Counted from the stretch's first letter, positions 24,363-38,554 are shown. The stretch is 64,000 bases of DNA from Eledone cirrhosa (GCA_964016885.1 OZ024741.1:332320001-332384000); one strand, 5' to 3'. A program made the numbers and translations. Notes: generated by a model from the letters alone, not told the origin.

Positions 24363-26436
24363 TAAAAAAATCCATGTCCACTCGGACAAAACTGGTAACT
24401 TGTATCATATGGATATTGAACATTATAATGAGTTCATATATAAAGAACTCAGAAAAAATTATAAAAAATCTAATAATGCGTCACTCACCAACATCAACAA
24501 CAAAACACACAACATAGTAAAAAAACTAAACATTGAAGATAGAACTGAACCTTTGGCATTGAAAAGACCACACTTCAACCTGAAGGATCATAAATCAAAC
24601 TTTAACTCAAATCCTTCTATTAGACTTATATGTCCCTCCAAATCAGATATTGGAATAATTAGCAAAAAAATTTTGGATAGAGTCATCCCACAAATAAGAA
24701 AACACGTTATTTTACCACTCTGGGAAAACACCTCCCAGGTAATTAACTGGTTTAAAAATATTAGATGTAAATCTTCTGCTTCATTTCTACAATTTGATAT
24801 AGATAATTACTATTCTTCTATATCACCTATACTCCTGAACAAAGCATTGATATTTGCTAAAAATAGATCTAACTTAACTTTGGATGACATTAATATTATT
24901 ACACATGCTAGACTAACACTTATTGAATTTCAGAATGAATACTGGACCAGAAACACATATAGTAATCTATTTGATATTACTATGGGTTCAAGCGATTCCG
25001 CCCAAATTACTGATCTTGTGGGCCTCTTTCTCCTTTTCAACATAAATGCCTCCTTTCCCCACCTCAAAGGTGGTTTATATCGTGATGACTGTCTTCTTCT
25101 TTCTAACAACCTTAGCCTTTCAGAAATTGAAAAAAACAAAAAACATATTAGAACTTTCCTTAAAGACTATTATAATCTTCATATTACTTTTGAAAAAACA
25201 AGTAAAGTAGTAAATTTCCTAGATATAACTTTAGATTTAGCTACGGGTATCTACCAACCTTACCATAAACCAAACCAAAACTTACATTACATACACTCAC
25301 AATCTAATCACCCTAAATCTATCCTTAAAAACCTTGCATATAATATATCACTTAGAATTTCTAACCTTTCTTCTAACCAAGATGTATTTGATAAAAATGC
25401 GACCTTCTATAACGAAGCTCTAGATAGAAGTGGCCACAAAAATAGATTAGAATATATACCTTCTACTAAAAATACTAAAAGCATACAACCTAATATTACC
25501 AACAAACACCAAATGAAAAGTACACACCTAAATGCCACCCACACTATACCCCAAAATACCAAATCTTCTAATATAAAATATAGTAACTCTCAAAAAACTA
25601 CTCATCATACAACTCTAATAAATATTAATAATAAAACTCCTAATAAAAAAGATAAAACACCTAAATCTACAAATATAACTAAAAATGGTTGTGGTGAGAT
25701 CATTAACATTAATCCTCCTAGTAAACATCACGATACAACCTATAAAAATAATAAAAATAATAAACAACATAGAAACCGTAATAGACGGGTTACTTGGTAT
25801 AATGCTCCATTTAATTTACAAATTAAGGATAATATTGCTAAAAAATTTTTTTATATCCTAGAGAAAAACTTCCCGCCAAACCACAAATACCATCAAATCT
25901 TAAATAGGTCTACAGTTAAATTCTCATACTCAACAACAAATAACATAAAACAAAATATAAGTGCCTATAATGCATATAAATGTAAGAAAACCATAAGTAT
26001 ACCACCAGTACATCAAATTAACCATAATATCTCCTCAAATACAGAATTAACGAAAGGTTGTAACTGTAGAAACAAAGCAAACTGCCCATTAAAAGGGAAT
26101 TGTCTTGTTAACAACATAGTCTATAAATGTAATGTTAAAACTAAAGATTCTATTTGCTCATATATAGGAGCTACCTCTAACAATTTTAAGACAAGGTTTA
26201 ATACCCACAAGCATAGTTTTAAAAATGCCGCACTGGCTAATACAACATCTCTAGCAGAAAAAATCAATAGTTATAAAAATAAGAATATAGAATATGATTT
26301 GACCTGGAGTGTGCTCAAAAGAGCCACCCCTTATCAAAATAATAGAAATGAATGTAGATTATGTTCCCAAGAACTATTTGAAATAATGAAATCTAAGGAT
26401 ATCCTATTAAATAAACGACAGGAATTAATTATATAA
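24358..26436 (+). CDS. Penelope-like reverse transcriptase plus GIY-YIG endonuclease (N-terminally truncated)
   Basis: DKT, IRLI, FDIDNYYSSI, MGS..S, LYRDD, FLDITL, YHKP..YIH..SNHP, TWYNAPF, CxCx5C (CNCRNKANC), IVYK..YIG..FKTRFNTH, CRLC..E, LLNKR. The ATG lies at the (TA)n junction and is probably not the native start. Confidence 0.92.
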
Positions 26437-26449
26437 ACTAAAAAAAACA

Positions 26450-26965
26450 TTTAAATATTATAAACCTAATTAATAACATTATTTTAGAAATTAATTTAAT
26501 TTAAATGTTAGTTAACCTATAAATTTAATTTAATTAAAATTCTACTACAGATGAGAATATAAAATATTGTGTAATCATAAATTGTGAAAAACCTTTAAAT
26601 ATTACTAATATATACTTAGTAATTTAATTTATAGATTAATTTTAATTTATTTAAACCTTTTATTAAAATTCCTTTACAGATAAAATATAACAAAATATCG
26701 TGTATCCAATGACAGAGAAATAATTTTTAGTATTATAGACCTAACTAATATACATTTTAGAAATATATTTATAATTTGGTTTTAAATTTAGTCAACCTAA
26801 AAATTTAATTTAATTGGCTTAAAATTAGTATCCTTATACAGACGGATTGCAGAGTGTCATGTAATCATAGAATGGGATGTGTTTTGGATGTATACCTAGT
26901 TAATATATTCTTTGCAATTTTTGAAAAAATATGTATATGTATGTATGTATATGTATGTGTATGTA

Positions 26966-27020
<55 letters not shown>

Positions 27021-27400
27021 ATGTATATGTATATGTATATGTATTAATTTTGATTTCTATTTGCATATAATTATATTCTGCTATTGATAAAATACAATAT
27101 CTGTTTTATTTATTATATACCTAATTAACATATACTATAGAAATTAATATATAATTTTTAATTTAGTTAACCTATAATTTATATTCTACTACCGATGTAA
27201 TACTTTATTTGTTTTTTCCCTATTACTAAATTCATTTCCTAATATTGATACCATAACGTTAATAACTTTAATTTAGTTATACTATAATTAATACTCTACT
27301 ACTATTTAACTTCAAAATTCTGCTTCAAATATTATAAACCTAACTAATTTACACCTTAGAAATCAATATGTTAACTATCTTTAGTTTAGTTAACATATAA
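26450..27400 (+). repeat. Degenerate AT-rich tandem repeats in the PLE 3' region
   Basis: Recurring TATTATAAACCTAA..TAGAAAT..TTTAGTTAACCTATA units at ~26455, 26730, 27110 and 27330. Confidence 0.6.
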
Positions 27401-27707
27401 TTAATGGTATACTTATTTTGAAATGCATAATTTTGCCTTATTTCTTGTATTTCCTAACACTGAAACTATGTAAAACCATATATTGGGATCCAGATACAGA
27501 TAATATTCTATGTTTCTTGAAACATATATTTACTATAATCCCCTTCTCCACCCCACCCCCCTTTCCCCCATACTATTATCATCTGTGTTTGTAAGCGTGT
27601 ATGTATGAATATATATGTAGGTAGGTGTATATATGTTTGGGTATTTATATCTGAATATAAAAATACATATATGCGCATGCAAATAAGAATGTAAGATTGT
27701 GTGTATA

Positions 27708-27738
<31 letters not shown>

Positions 27739-27819
27739 GTGTATATATGCATGTGTATATATATGTGTATATGTATATGTATATATGTGTGTATATGTGT
27801 ATATGTGTGGGGGCGTGTA

Positions 27820-27850
<31 letters not shown>

Positions 27851-28093
27851 GTGTGTATGTATGTGTATATATATATGTGTATATATATGTATGTCTCTAT
27901 ATATATATGTCTATCTTCGTATCTATGTGGGTATATGTGTGTATGTACATGTATGCACATGTATATGTTTATGTGTATATGTGTGTATGTGTATATATGT
28001 ACGTGTGCGCACATATATATGTGAGTGTGAGTGTGTGTGTGTGTATATATATATATATGTGTATATCTATGTGTGTATATATGTCTATATTCG

Positions 28094-28124
<31 letters not shown>

Positions 28125-28597
28125 TATTTATTATTATAATATAACTTATGTGTATGTGTGTATATGTGAGGGTGTGTATATGTATATATATGTATATATA
28201 TGTGTAAAAATATATATGTGTATGTGTGTTTTTTGTGTCTGTGTATATATATGTATGTATATATGTGTGTATGTGTGTGTTTGTATGTGTGTTTATGGTT
28301 GTACGTGTGTGTGAGTGTATATATATAAATGTATGTGTATATATATATATATATGTGTATATGTATCTCTATTAATGTGTGTATATATGTATATGTATAT
28401 ACCTTTTTCTTTGTATGTCTGAGTTGTGTGAGAGTGTAGTGGTGTTTGTATGTATATACGCATATATGGATGCGTATGTATTTGTATATATGAGTATATG
28501 TAAGTGCGTATGTATGTATGAATATATATCTATGTCTATGTATGAGTATATATGTGTGTGTATGTATGTTGTGTGTGTATGTATGTGTCTATGTGTG

Positions 28598-28653
<56 letters not shown>

Positions 28654-28673
28654 CATATATGTCTGTATATGTG

Positions 28674-28716
<43 letters not shown>

Positions 28717-28907
28717 TTATTTTATATATATGTGTGTGTGTGTATGTGTGTGTGTGTATATATATCTTTATATATGTGTATGTGTATGTTCGTGTAGGTG
28801 TATGTGTGTGTATGACTATATATGTATGTGTGTATGTGTGTATGTATGTATATGTATGTGTGTGTACATGTATGTATGTGTATGTATATATATGTGTGTA
28901 TATGTGT

Positions 28908-28938
<31 letters not shown>

Positions 28939-29237
28939 TATATATATATATATATGTATATGTATCTCTATTTGTATGTGTATATGTGTATAGGTATATA
29001 CCTTTTTCTTTGTATGTCTGAGTTGTGTGAGAGTGTAGTGGTGTTTGTATGTATATACCGATATATGGATGCGTAAGTATTTGTGTGTATGTATGTATGT
29101 ATGTCTGTATGTATTTGTGTGTATATATAGGTATGTATGTGTATATCTGTATGTATATAAGTATGTATGTGTATGTATATGTGCGTGTATGTGTATATAT
29201 ATGTGTGTCTATATATGTATGTGTGATTATATGTGTA

Positions 29238-29278
<41 letters not shown>

Positions 29279-29366
29279 GTATGTGTGTATATGTGTGTAT
29301 GTGTGTATATGTATATGTTTATATATGTGTGTGTATGTGTGTTCTAAGTGTAGATGTGTGTATGTG

Positions 29367-29432
<66 letters not shown>

Positions 29433-30060
29433 TATATTTTCTTGATATATTTCTTTTTTCTTTTTTCTTTTTCTTTTCTTTCCTTTTTAATTTTTATTTT
29501 TTATTTCTTAGTTTATAGATACATCTATAAATAAGCAGTCTGCCCAAACCGTTGAATACTGACCTCTCCCCCCCTCCCACCTAATTTCTGTATCTTGATC
29601 TAAATGTGTGTGGCAGTGTTTATGTGAGTGAATTAATATCCATGTGCTTATGATAATATTATATCCACATATATATATGTGTGTGGGGGTGTGTGTGTGT
29701 ATGTATGTTCGTAATTATGTGTATGTTTATGCATATACGCGCGCGTGTGTGTGAGTGTACGGATATGTGTGAGTATGAGAATATGTGTATACACTTATTT
29801 CATATTTATGTGTCTATACGCATCTTATCTGTGCATTATAAACTTACAGAGACATTAACCTTGAAATTTTGTATTTGCATGCATCTTTTTGGCATGCGTA
29901 TGCATGTTGAGCATACATCTTTGTATAAATATGTGTACGGGGTAGTTACATGTATATACACACACCATACTGCATAAAACCTTTTGTATTTTCATTGGTC
30001 AATTTTGTTCCCAAACGGACCTGAAATTTTGAATTGTTGTTATTATCAATAAATATATTT

Positions 30061-30211
30061 CATTATTTCTGAAGACGGCGTATATGTGTGTTTGGTATGT
30101 ATATTTAATCTTGATAGTTTGTATAATTTTGTATAATTTTGTACATAGATCTGTTGAATATGCATGCCAATTCTAACACATATATATCCTAGAAACGATC
30201 GTTAAATAATG
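30061..30211 (+). ncRNA. Type I hammerhead ribozyme, ~116-nt stem II, palindromic stem III
   Basis: CATTATTT / AAATAATG stem I. Core CTGAAGA at 30069-30075. Stem II TATATGTG/CACATATA and TTGGTATGTATATTTAA/TTGAATATGCATGCCAA. GAAA-CGATCG-TT with predicted cleavage after 30203. Confidence 0.75.
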
Positions 30212-30616
30212 AACTTTTTTTGTTTAATATAAGGAACTGTTTCATTGTTTTATTCATTATTTGTTTAATATTTTATATAGTATGTATATATATATGTATA
30301 GTATGTATATATATATGTATATATATATGTATATATATATATATAGTATGTATATATATATATATAGTATGTATATATATATATATATATAGTATGTATA
30401 TATATATATATATAGTATGTATATATATATATATATATATAGTATGTATATATATATATATATATATATAGTATTTATATATATATATATATATAGTATG
30501 TATATATATATATAGTATGTATATATATATATATATAGTATGTATATATATATATATATAGTATGTATATATATATATATATATAGTATGTATATATATA
30601 TATATAGTATGTATAG

Positions 30617-31376
30617 GATTATCCAAGATGCAGTGATGGTTAATTACTACACTGGATATGGTTGACGTACGGTAAGAGGTTACTCTACGAGTTATGGAAG
30701 AATTGTTCAAGAAACTTAGTTCCTGATCCTTCAGTATTCCGGAGTGTATATAAAGAATGAATAATAACAGGTAGACATCATAAAAAGGTAGTTTATTCCG
30801 TGTGCTTACAAGTGTTTCCACGGTGGTACTGCAGCCTAGTTCCGCTACGTGCAAATTCACAAGTATTTGCAGAACTCGAATATCCAATGCTGTGACCACT
30901 GTTTCCTCAGAGCAGAATGGTAAATATACAATGTAAAAACCCTTAAGTGGGGTTGTTGGGGAAGATAGAGTGGAACAGGAAGAGAGAAAAGTAGGGAAGA
31001 TGGAGAGAGAAGGAAAGATATGCAGGGGTTGGAGAAGTAGGAGAGAGTGGCTTTGATTAAGATATCTACAAGCCACTCTCTCCTACTTCTCCAACCCCTG
31101 CATATCTTTCCTTCTCTCTCCATCTTCCCTACTTTTCTCTCTTCCTGTTCCACTCTATCTTCCCCAACAACCCCACTTAAGGGTTTTTACATTATATATT
31201 TACCATTCTGCTCTGAGGAAACAGTGGTCACAGCATTGGATATTCGAGTTCTGCAAATACTTGTGAATTTGCACGTAGCGGAACTAGGCTGCAGTACCAC
31301 CGTGGAAACACTTGTAAGCACACGGAATAAACTACCTTTTTATGATGTCTACCTGTTATTATTCATTCTTTATATA
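30617..31376. mobile_element. Head-to-head PLE pseudo-LTR pair (307-bp arms, 16-nt spacer, 130-nt tail)
   Basis: Near-perfect inverted repeat 30747-31053 / 31070-31376. Tail at 30617-30746 on the left arm only. Embedded in a (TA)nGTATG array. Confidence 0.8.
31205..31328 (+). ncRNA. Hammerhead ribozyme with ~85-nt stem II (mirror copy on minus strand at 30795-30918)
   Basis: ATTCTGCT-CTGAGGA-(ACAGTGGT..CAGC..AGTTC TGCAAAT/ATTTGCA..GAACT..GCTG..ACCACCGT)-GAAA-CACTTG-TA-AGCA..GAAT, with a GUA site at 31314-31316. Confidence 0.7.
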
Positions 31377-31679
31377 TATAGTATGTATGTATATATATAT
31401 ATATATAGTATGTATATGTATGTATGTATGTATATATATATATATATATATAGTATGTATATATATATATATAGTATGTATATATATATATATAGTATGT
31501 ATATATATATATATAGTATGTATATATATATATATATATAGTATGTATATATATATATATATATAGTATGTATATATATATATATATAGTATGTATATAT
31601 ATATATATATAGTATGTATATATATATATATATAGTATGTATATATATATATATAGTATGTATATATATATATATATAG

Positions 31680-31718
<39 letters not shown>

Positions 31719-31740
31719 TATATATATATATATATATATA

Positions 31741-31776
<36 letters not shown>

Positions 31777-31868
31777 TATATATATATATATATATATAGT
31801 ATATATATATATATATATATATAGTATATATATATATATATAGTATATATATATATATATATATATAG

Positions 31869-31899
<31 letters not shown>

Positions 31900-31943
31900 T
31901 ATATATATATATATATATATATAGTATATATATATATATATAG

Positions 31944-31978
<35 letters not shown>

Positions 31979-32140
31979 TGTATATTTATTAAAATAACAG
32001 ATTAAAGTTTAAGCAAAGAATCGCTGCTTTCACCCTTAACGGGATCTTCTGAAACTAACAAAGTCAATCTGTAAATGCAGAAATGAATATTTCAAAAAAC
32101 GTTGCAACCGTATATAGTATGTATATATATATATATATAT

Positions 32141-32852
32141 AAACATAAATTATCGAGATTTGCATTTCGGCCCATGAAATAACGAAAAACAACCTCCGAG
32201 ATGTGCGGCAAGTGCTCAATGATTCAGATGACCCAGAGCTATAACAAACGTTAAAGGCCAAACACACTGAGACAATGGTTAAACAATCATTCGCATAGCC
32301 AAAAAACAATCAAGTAATTCGGGTATTGAAAATTTACCAGGACCCCTGGAAGGTTGGTAAAATCCAGTATATGTGTTTCTGCGGCTCCTAAATCAAGTAC
32401 CGTCCACTTACATAAATAATGTCAGGCTTCTGGTAAGATGATTGAACAAGTAAGCCACTTTCTCAACAGGTTTTAGTTCAATGTTAATACAAGGACTGAC
32501 TATTGCTGACTCCACGTGGGGATCGGCAAGGGAGGCAGCCCCTATATCAGGCGAATAAATTCAGTTGTGTATACTTTTGCAAGAATACAAAAACATCACA
32601 AATCGAATAGAGTTCTCAACAGAGGGTTGAAATTAACATAAGCTATTCATCAGTCAATAGAATCAACTAAAAAATCAAGAAAATTAACTGGTCAATAGCT
32701 AGAGTCTGGAGAATAATACAAACATAAATTATCGAGATTCGCATTTCGGCCCACCAAATAATGAAAAACAACCTCCGAGATGTGCGGCAAGTGCTCAATG
32801 ATTCAGATGAAACAGAGCTATAACAAACGTTAAAGGCCAAACACACTGAGAC
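32141..32852 (-). mobile_element. Non-coding element with 132-bp direct terminal repeats (monomer ~579 nt), candidate PLE pLTR tandem or retrozyme-like
   Basis: 32141-32272 is repeated at 32720-32852. TA-microsatellite flanks. Split hammerhead-like motifs on the minus strand. Confidence 0.5.
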
Positions 32853-33121
32853 GATATATACATACTATATATATATATATAGTATGTATATATCGGATTT
32901 TAGTCTTCAAATTTATTATTATTACTATATATATATGTATATATATCTATATATATGTATATATATCTATATATATGTATATATATCTATATATATGTAT
33001 ATATATCTATATATATATGTATGTATATGTATATATATGTATATATATCTATATATATATGTATGTATATGTATATATATGTATATATCTATATATATAT
33101 GTATGTATATGTATATATATG

Positions 33122-33198
<77 letters not shown>

Positions 33199-33231
33199 GT
33201 ATATATGTATGTATATATATATATATGTATG

Positions 33232-33270
<39 letters not shown>

Positions 33271-33309
33271 GTTAAACGTTGATGATGATGATGATGATGA
33301 TATATATAG

Positions 33310-33515
<206 letters not shown>

Positions 33516-33516
33516 G

Positions 33517-33549
<33 letters not shown>

Positions 33550-33561
33550 GTCTATATATAT

Positions 33562-34980
33562 CATCATCATCATCATCATCAACGTTTAACATCCGTGTTC
33601 CACGTTTGCATGGGTTTGGACGGGGGTAGTCCCACTTGAGGCAAGAGTGATTGTCTTGCTCGCATAGGACTGTCAGGCAGGTTTTCTACAGTTGGATGCC
33701 CTTCCTAACACCAACCACATTTACAGTGTGGGTCTGGGAGGTTTTTACCGTGTTGCCTACACGGCCACATTACAGCGTGGACTGTGTGTTTTTTTGTCGT
33801 GACACCTACACGATCTCATTTGTTTCGGCCTCGATGGCGCAGCACCAACATAACTTTACATAGAACGGGGTGGTGTGGATCGGGTGGGGGTGGTGGTGGT
33901 GGGACGGGGTGTATTTTGTTAGAGATGCCTACTGGCTGGAGTAGGTTTTATTATATATTTAGATAAGGCGGGTCTTCTCTGTTACTGAGTACCGCCAAAG
34001 GTCTCGGTCCAGTGACATTGTCTTGGAGAGGTGTAAGTGTGTGATGTCGGAGTTTATCAGCTCGTCCCAGGTTTTTCTAGGTCTGCCTATTCCGTGACTA
34101 CCGTCTATCTTTATTGCCCTGCACTTTGTTATACAGCTATCGACTTTCATGCGCATCACGTGTCCATACCAACGTAGCCTTCTCTCGAGTAAACAACATC
34201 TGATCCCTCTTATCTCTAATTTTTTCCTTAGTTCGTTTATGCTTTGCCGTTCACGTATATTACTGTTACACATCCAGCGGAGCATGCAAGCTTCGTTCCT
34301 CTCTAGTCTGCGTATATCCTCTGCACACAATGCCCAGGTCTCACTGCCATGCAGCATTGCTGTTCGTATGCAGGCATCGTACAACCTGCCTTTCATTTTT
34401 AGTGAGAACCCTTTAGCAGCTAATAGTGGTATAAGCTCTCTGAACTTTTTCCAACCAGTTCTGACTCTAGCTACAGTACTTTCAGAGCACCCTCCCCCAC
34501 TGCTGATTTTATCGCCCAGGTAACGGAAGCTGTCCACTATTTCTATAGAACCCTCTGCGCAATTGAAAGAGCTAGTATTTTGTGGGCACTTGCTGCTACT
34601 TATTGCACCAGAGCACCGGCCACATGTAAAATCTATGTTCTTAGTTAGCTTACCTGTGATCCCACTACATCTTTTATGCACCCATACTTTGCATTTAGGA
34701 CATAAAATGGAGTTTCTACCTACGCCTTTCCTACACACCGAGCACGACCATTTCGCAGAAGGGACCGCCGCCTTGTTTTCTTTCCTACAAACTAGTACTT
34801 TGGTCTTAGCCAGGTTAATTTTAAGTCCTTTTGACTCTAGGCCGTGCTTCCATGTTTGGAATTTCTTCTCTAGCTCGGCCATTGATTCCGCTATGAGTGT
34901 CAGGTCGTCTGCGTATAGGAGTTCCCATGGGCAGCCTGTCTTGAACTCCTCTGTTATAGCCTGAAGGGCAATAATAAATA
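33562..34980 (-). mobile_element. 5'-truncated RTE LINE
   Basis: ORF 33959-34882 with upstream YADD, 3' UTR and (TGA)n tail. Closely similar to 44071-47632. Confidence 0.93.
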
Positions 34981-35178
34981 AATATATGTATATATATATG
35001 TATATGTATATATATGTATATATATGTATATATATGTATATATATATATATGTATATATATGTATATATATATATGTATATATATGTATATATATATATG
35101 TATATATATGTATATATATATATGTATATATATATATGTATATATATGTATATATATATATATATATGTATATATATG

Positions 35179-35209
<31 letters not shown>

Positions 35210-35240
35210 GTATATATATATATGTATATATATGTATATG

Positions 35241-35306
<66 letters not shown>

Positions 35307-35314
35307 TGTATATG

Positions 35315-35361
<47 letters not shown>

Positions 35362-35460
35362 GTATATATATATGTATATATATATGTATGTATGTATATA
35401 TATATGTATATATATATGTATATATATATGTGTATGTGTATATATGTATATATATATATG

Positions 35461-35517
<57 letters not shown>

Positions 35518-35530
35518 GTATGTATATATG

Positions 35531-35599
<69 letters not shown>

Positions 35600-35604
35600 G
35601 TATG

Positions 35605-35635
<31 letters not shown>

Positions 35636-35639
35636 GTAT

Positions 35640-35675
<36 letters not shown>

Positions 35676-35679
35676 GTAT

Positions 35680-35755
<76 letters not shown>

Positions 35756-35776
35756 GTATATATATATATATGTATA

Positions 35777-35823
<47 letters not shown>

Positions 35824-35824
35824 G

Positions 35825-35971
<147 letters not shown>

Positions 35972-36000
35972 GTATATATATATATATATGTATATATATG

Positions 36001-36031
<31 letters not shown>

Positions 36032-36042
36032 GTATATATATG

Positions 36043-36097
<55 letters not shown>

Positions 36098-36108
36098 GTA
36101 TATATATG

Positions 36109-36141
<33 letters not shown>

Positions 36142-36575
36142 TATGTATATATATATATATATGTATATATATGTATATATATATATGTATATATATGTAT
36201 ATATATATGTATATATATGTATGTATATATGTATATATATATATATGTATATATATGTATATATATATGTATATATATGTATATATATATGTATATATAT
36301 GTATGTATATATGTATATATATATATATATATATGTATGTATATATATATGTATGTATATATATATGTATATATATATATATATATATGTATGTATATAT
36401 ATATATATATATATTTATATATGTATATGTATGTATATATATATATATATGTATGTATATATGTATGTATATATATATATATATGTATGTATATATATAT
36501 ATATGTATGTATATATGTATGTATATATATATATATGTATGTATATATGTATGTATATATATATGTATATATATG

Positions 36576-36688
<113 letters not shown>

Positions 36689-36763
36689 GTATGTATATGT
36701 ATGTATATATATATATATGTATATATATGTATGTATATATATATATATATATGTATATATATG

Positions 36764-36806
<43 letters not shown>

Positions 36807-36907
36807 GTATGTTATATATATATATATATATATGTATATGTATGTATATATATATATATATTATATGTATATATATGTATGTATATATATATATATATAT
36901 ATGTATG

Positions 36908-36970
<63 letters not shown>

Positions 36971-36975
36971 GTATG

Positions 36976-37008
<33 letters not shown>

Positions 37009-37109
37009 GTATGTATATATATATATATATATATATCTATGTATATATATGTATGTATATATATATATATATATGTATATATATGTATGTATATATATAT
37101 ATATATATA

Positions 37110-37354
37110 ACGAAGGAAATGTGGTAAGGAACCAGGTGGACCATAACGCACCAAAGTACTCAATACTTGAGGTAGTAGAGTGGGTAATAGGAACCAGTAA
37201 GACCCCCCATAACGCACCAAAGTACTCAATACTTGAGGTAGTAGAGTGGGTAATAGGAACCAGTAAGACCCCATAACGCACAAAGTACTCAATACTTGAG
37301 GTAGTAGAGTGGGTAATAGAACCAGTAAGACCCCCTGGGTCTACTGGTTCCTAT
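37110..37354 (-). mobile_element. PLE tail island with 3x ~65-bp repeat and terminal hairpin
   Basis: CCATAACGCACCAAAGTACTCAATACTTGAGGTAGTAGAGTGGGTAATAGGAACCAGTAAGACCCC x3, then an inverted GGGTCTACTGGTTCCTAT. Homologous to 60020-60095. Confidence 0.65.
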
Positions 37355-37439
37355 ATATAGTATATATATAGTATGATGTATAGTATATATATATATTATA
37401 TATATATAGTATATATATATATATATATGTATATATATG

Positions 37440-37556
<117 letters not shown>

Positions 37557-37577
37557 GTATGTATATATATATGTATG

Positions 37578-37610
<33 letters not shown>

Positions 37611-37615
37611 GTATG

Positions 37616-37648
<33 letters not shown>

Positions 37649-37668
37649 GTATGTATATATATATGTAT

Positions 37669-37704
<36 letters not shown>

Positions 37705-37708
37705 GTAT

Positions 37709-37744
<36 letters not shown>

Positions 37745-37833
37745 GTATGTATATATGTATGTATATATATATATATATGTATATATATGTATGTATATAT
37801 ATATATATATATGTATATATATGTATATATATG

Positions 37834-37874
<41 letters not shown>

Positions 37875-37920
37875 GTATGTATATATATATATATATATAT
37901 ATTATATATGTATATATATG

Positions 37921-37973
<53 letters not shown>

Positions 37974-37974
37974 G

Positions 37975-38011
<37 letters not shown>

Positions 38012-38053
38012 GTATGTATATATATATATATTATATATGTATATATATGTATG

Positions 38054-38124
<71 letters not shown>

Positions 38125-38125
38125 G

Positions 38126-38172
<47 letters not shown>

Positions 38173-38177
38173 GTATG

Positions 38178-38210
<33 letters not shown>

Positions 38211-38227
38211 GTATGTATATATATATG

Positions 38228-38332
<105 letters not shown>

Positions 38333-38352
38333 GTATGTATATATATATGTAT

Positions 38353-38388
<36 letters not shown>

Positions 38389-38389
38389 G

Positions 38390-38430
<41 letters not shown>

Positions 38431-38513
38431 GTATGTATATATGTATATATATATATATATGTATATATATGTATGTATATATATATATATATGTATATAT
38501 ATGTATATATATG

Positions 38514-38554
<41 letters not shown>

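Larger units (their letters stand above)
23344..30276 (+). mobile_element. Penelope-like retroelement (Naiad-like), 5'-truncated, with an inverted 5' pseudo-LTR plus tail
   Basis: RT-GIY-YIG ORF 24358-26436. Near-identical ~880-bp inverted repeat 23475-24357 vs ~29382-30276. Extra 131-nt tail at 23344-23474. A hammerhead in each arm and (TA)nGTATG flanks. Confidence 0.9.

Noticed and set aside
30857-31541. Mirror ORFs such as SHSLLLLQPLHIFPS on both strands
   Set aside because: They result from the palindrome plus stop-free microsatellite and have no domain motifs.
37141-37335. 3x ~65-bp repeat as a CRISPR array or repeat peptide [22 protein letters not shown]
   Set aside because: There are no unique spacers or cas genes, the frame breaks in the second unit, and it is homologous to a PLE tail.
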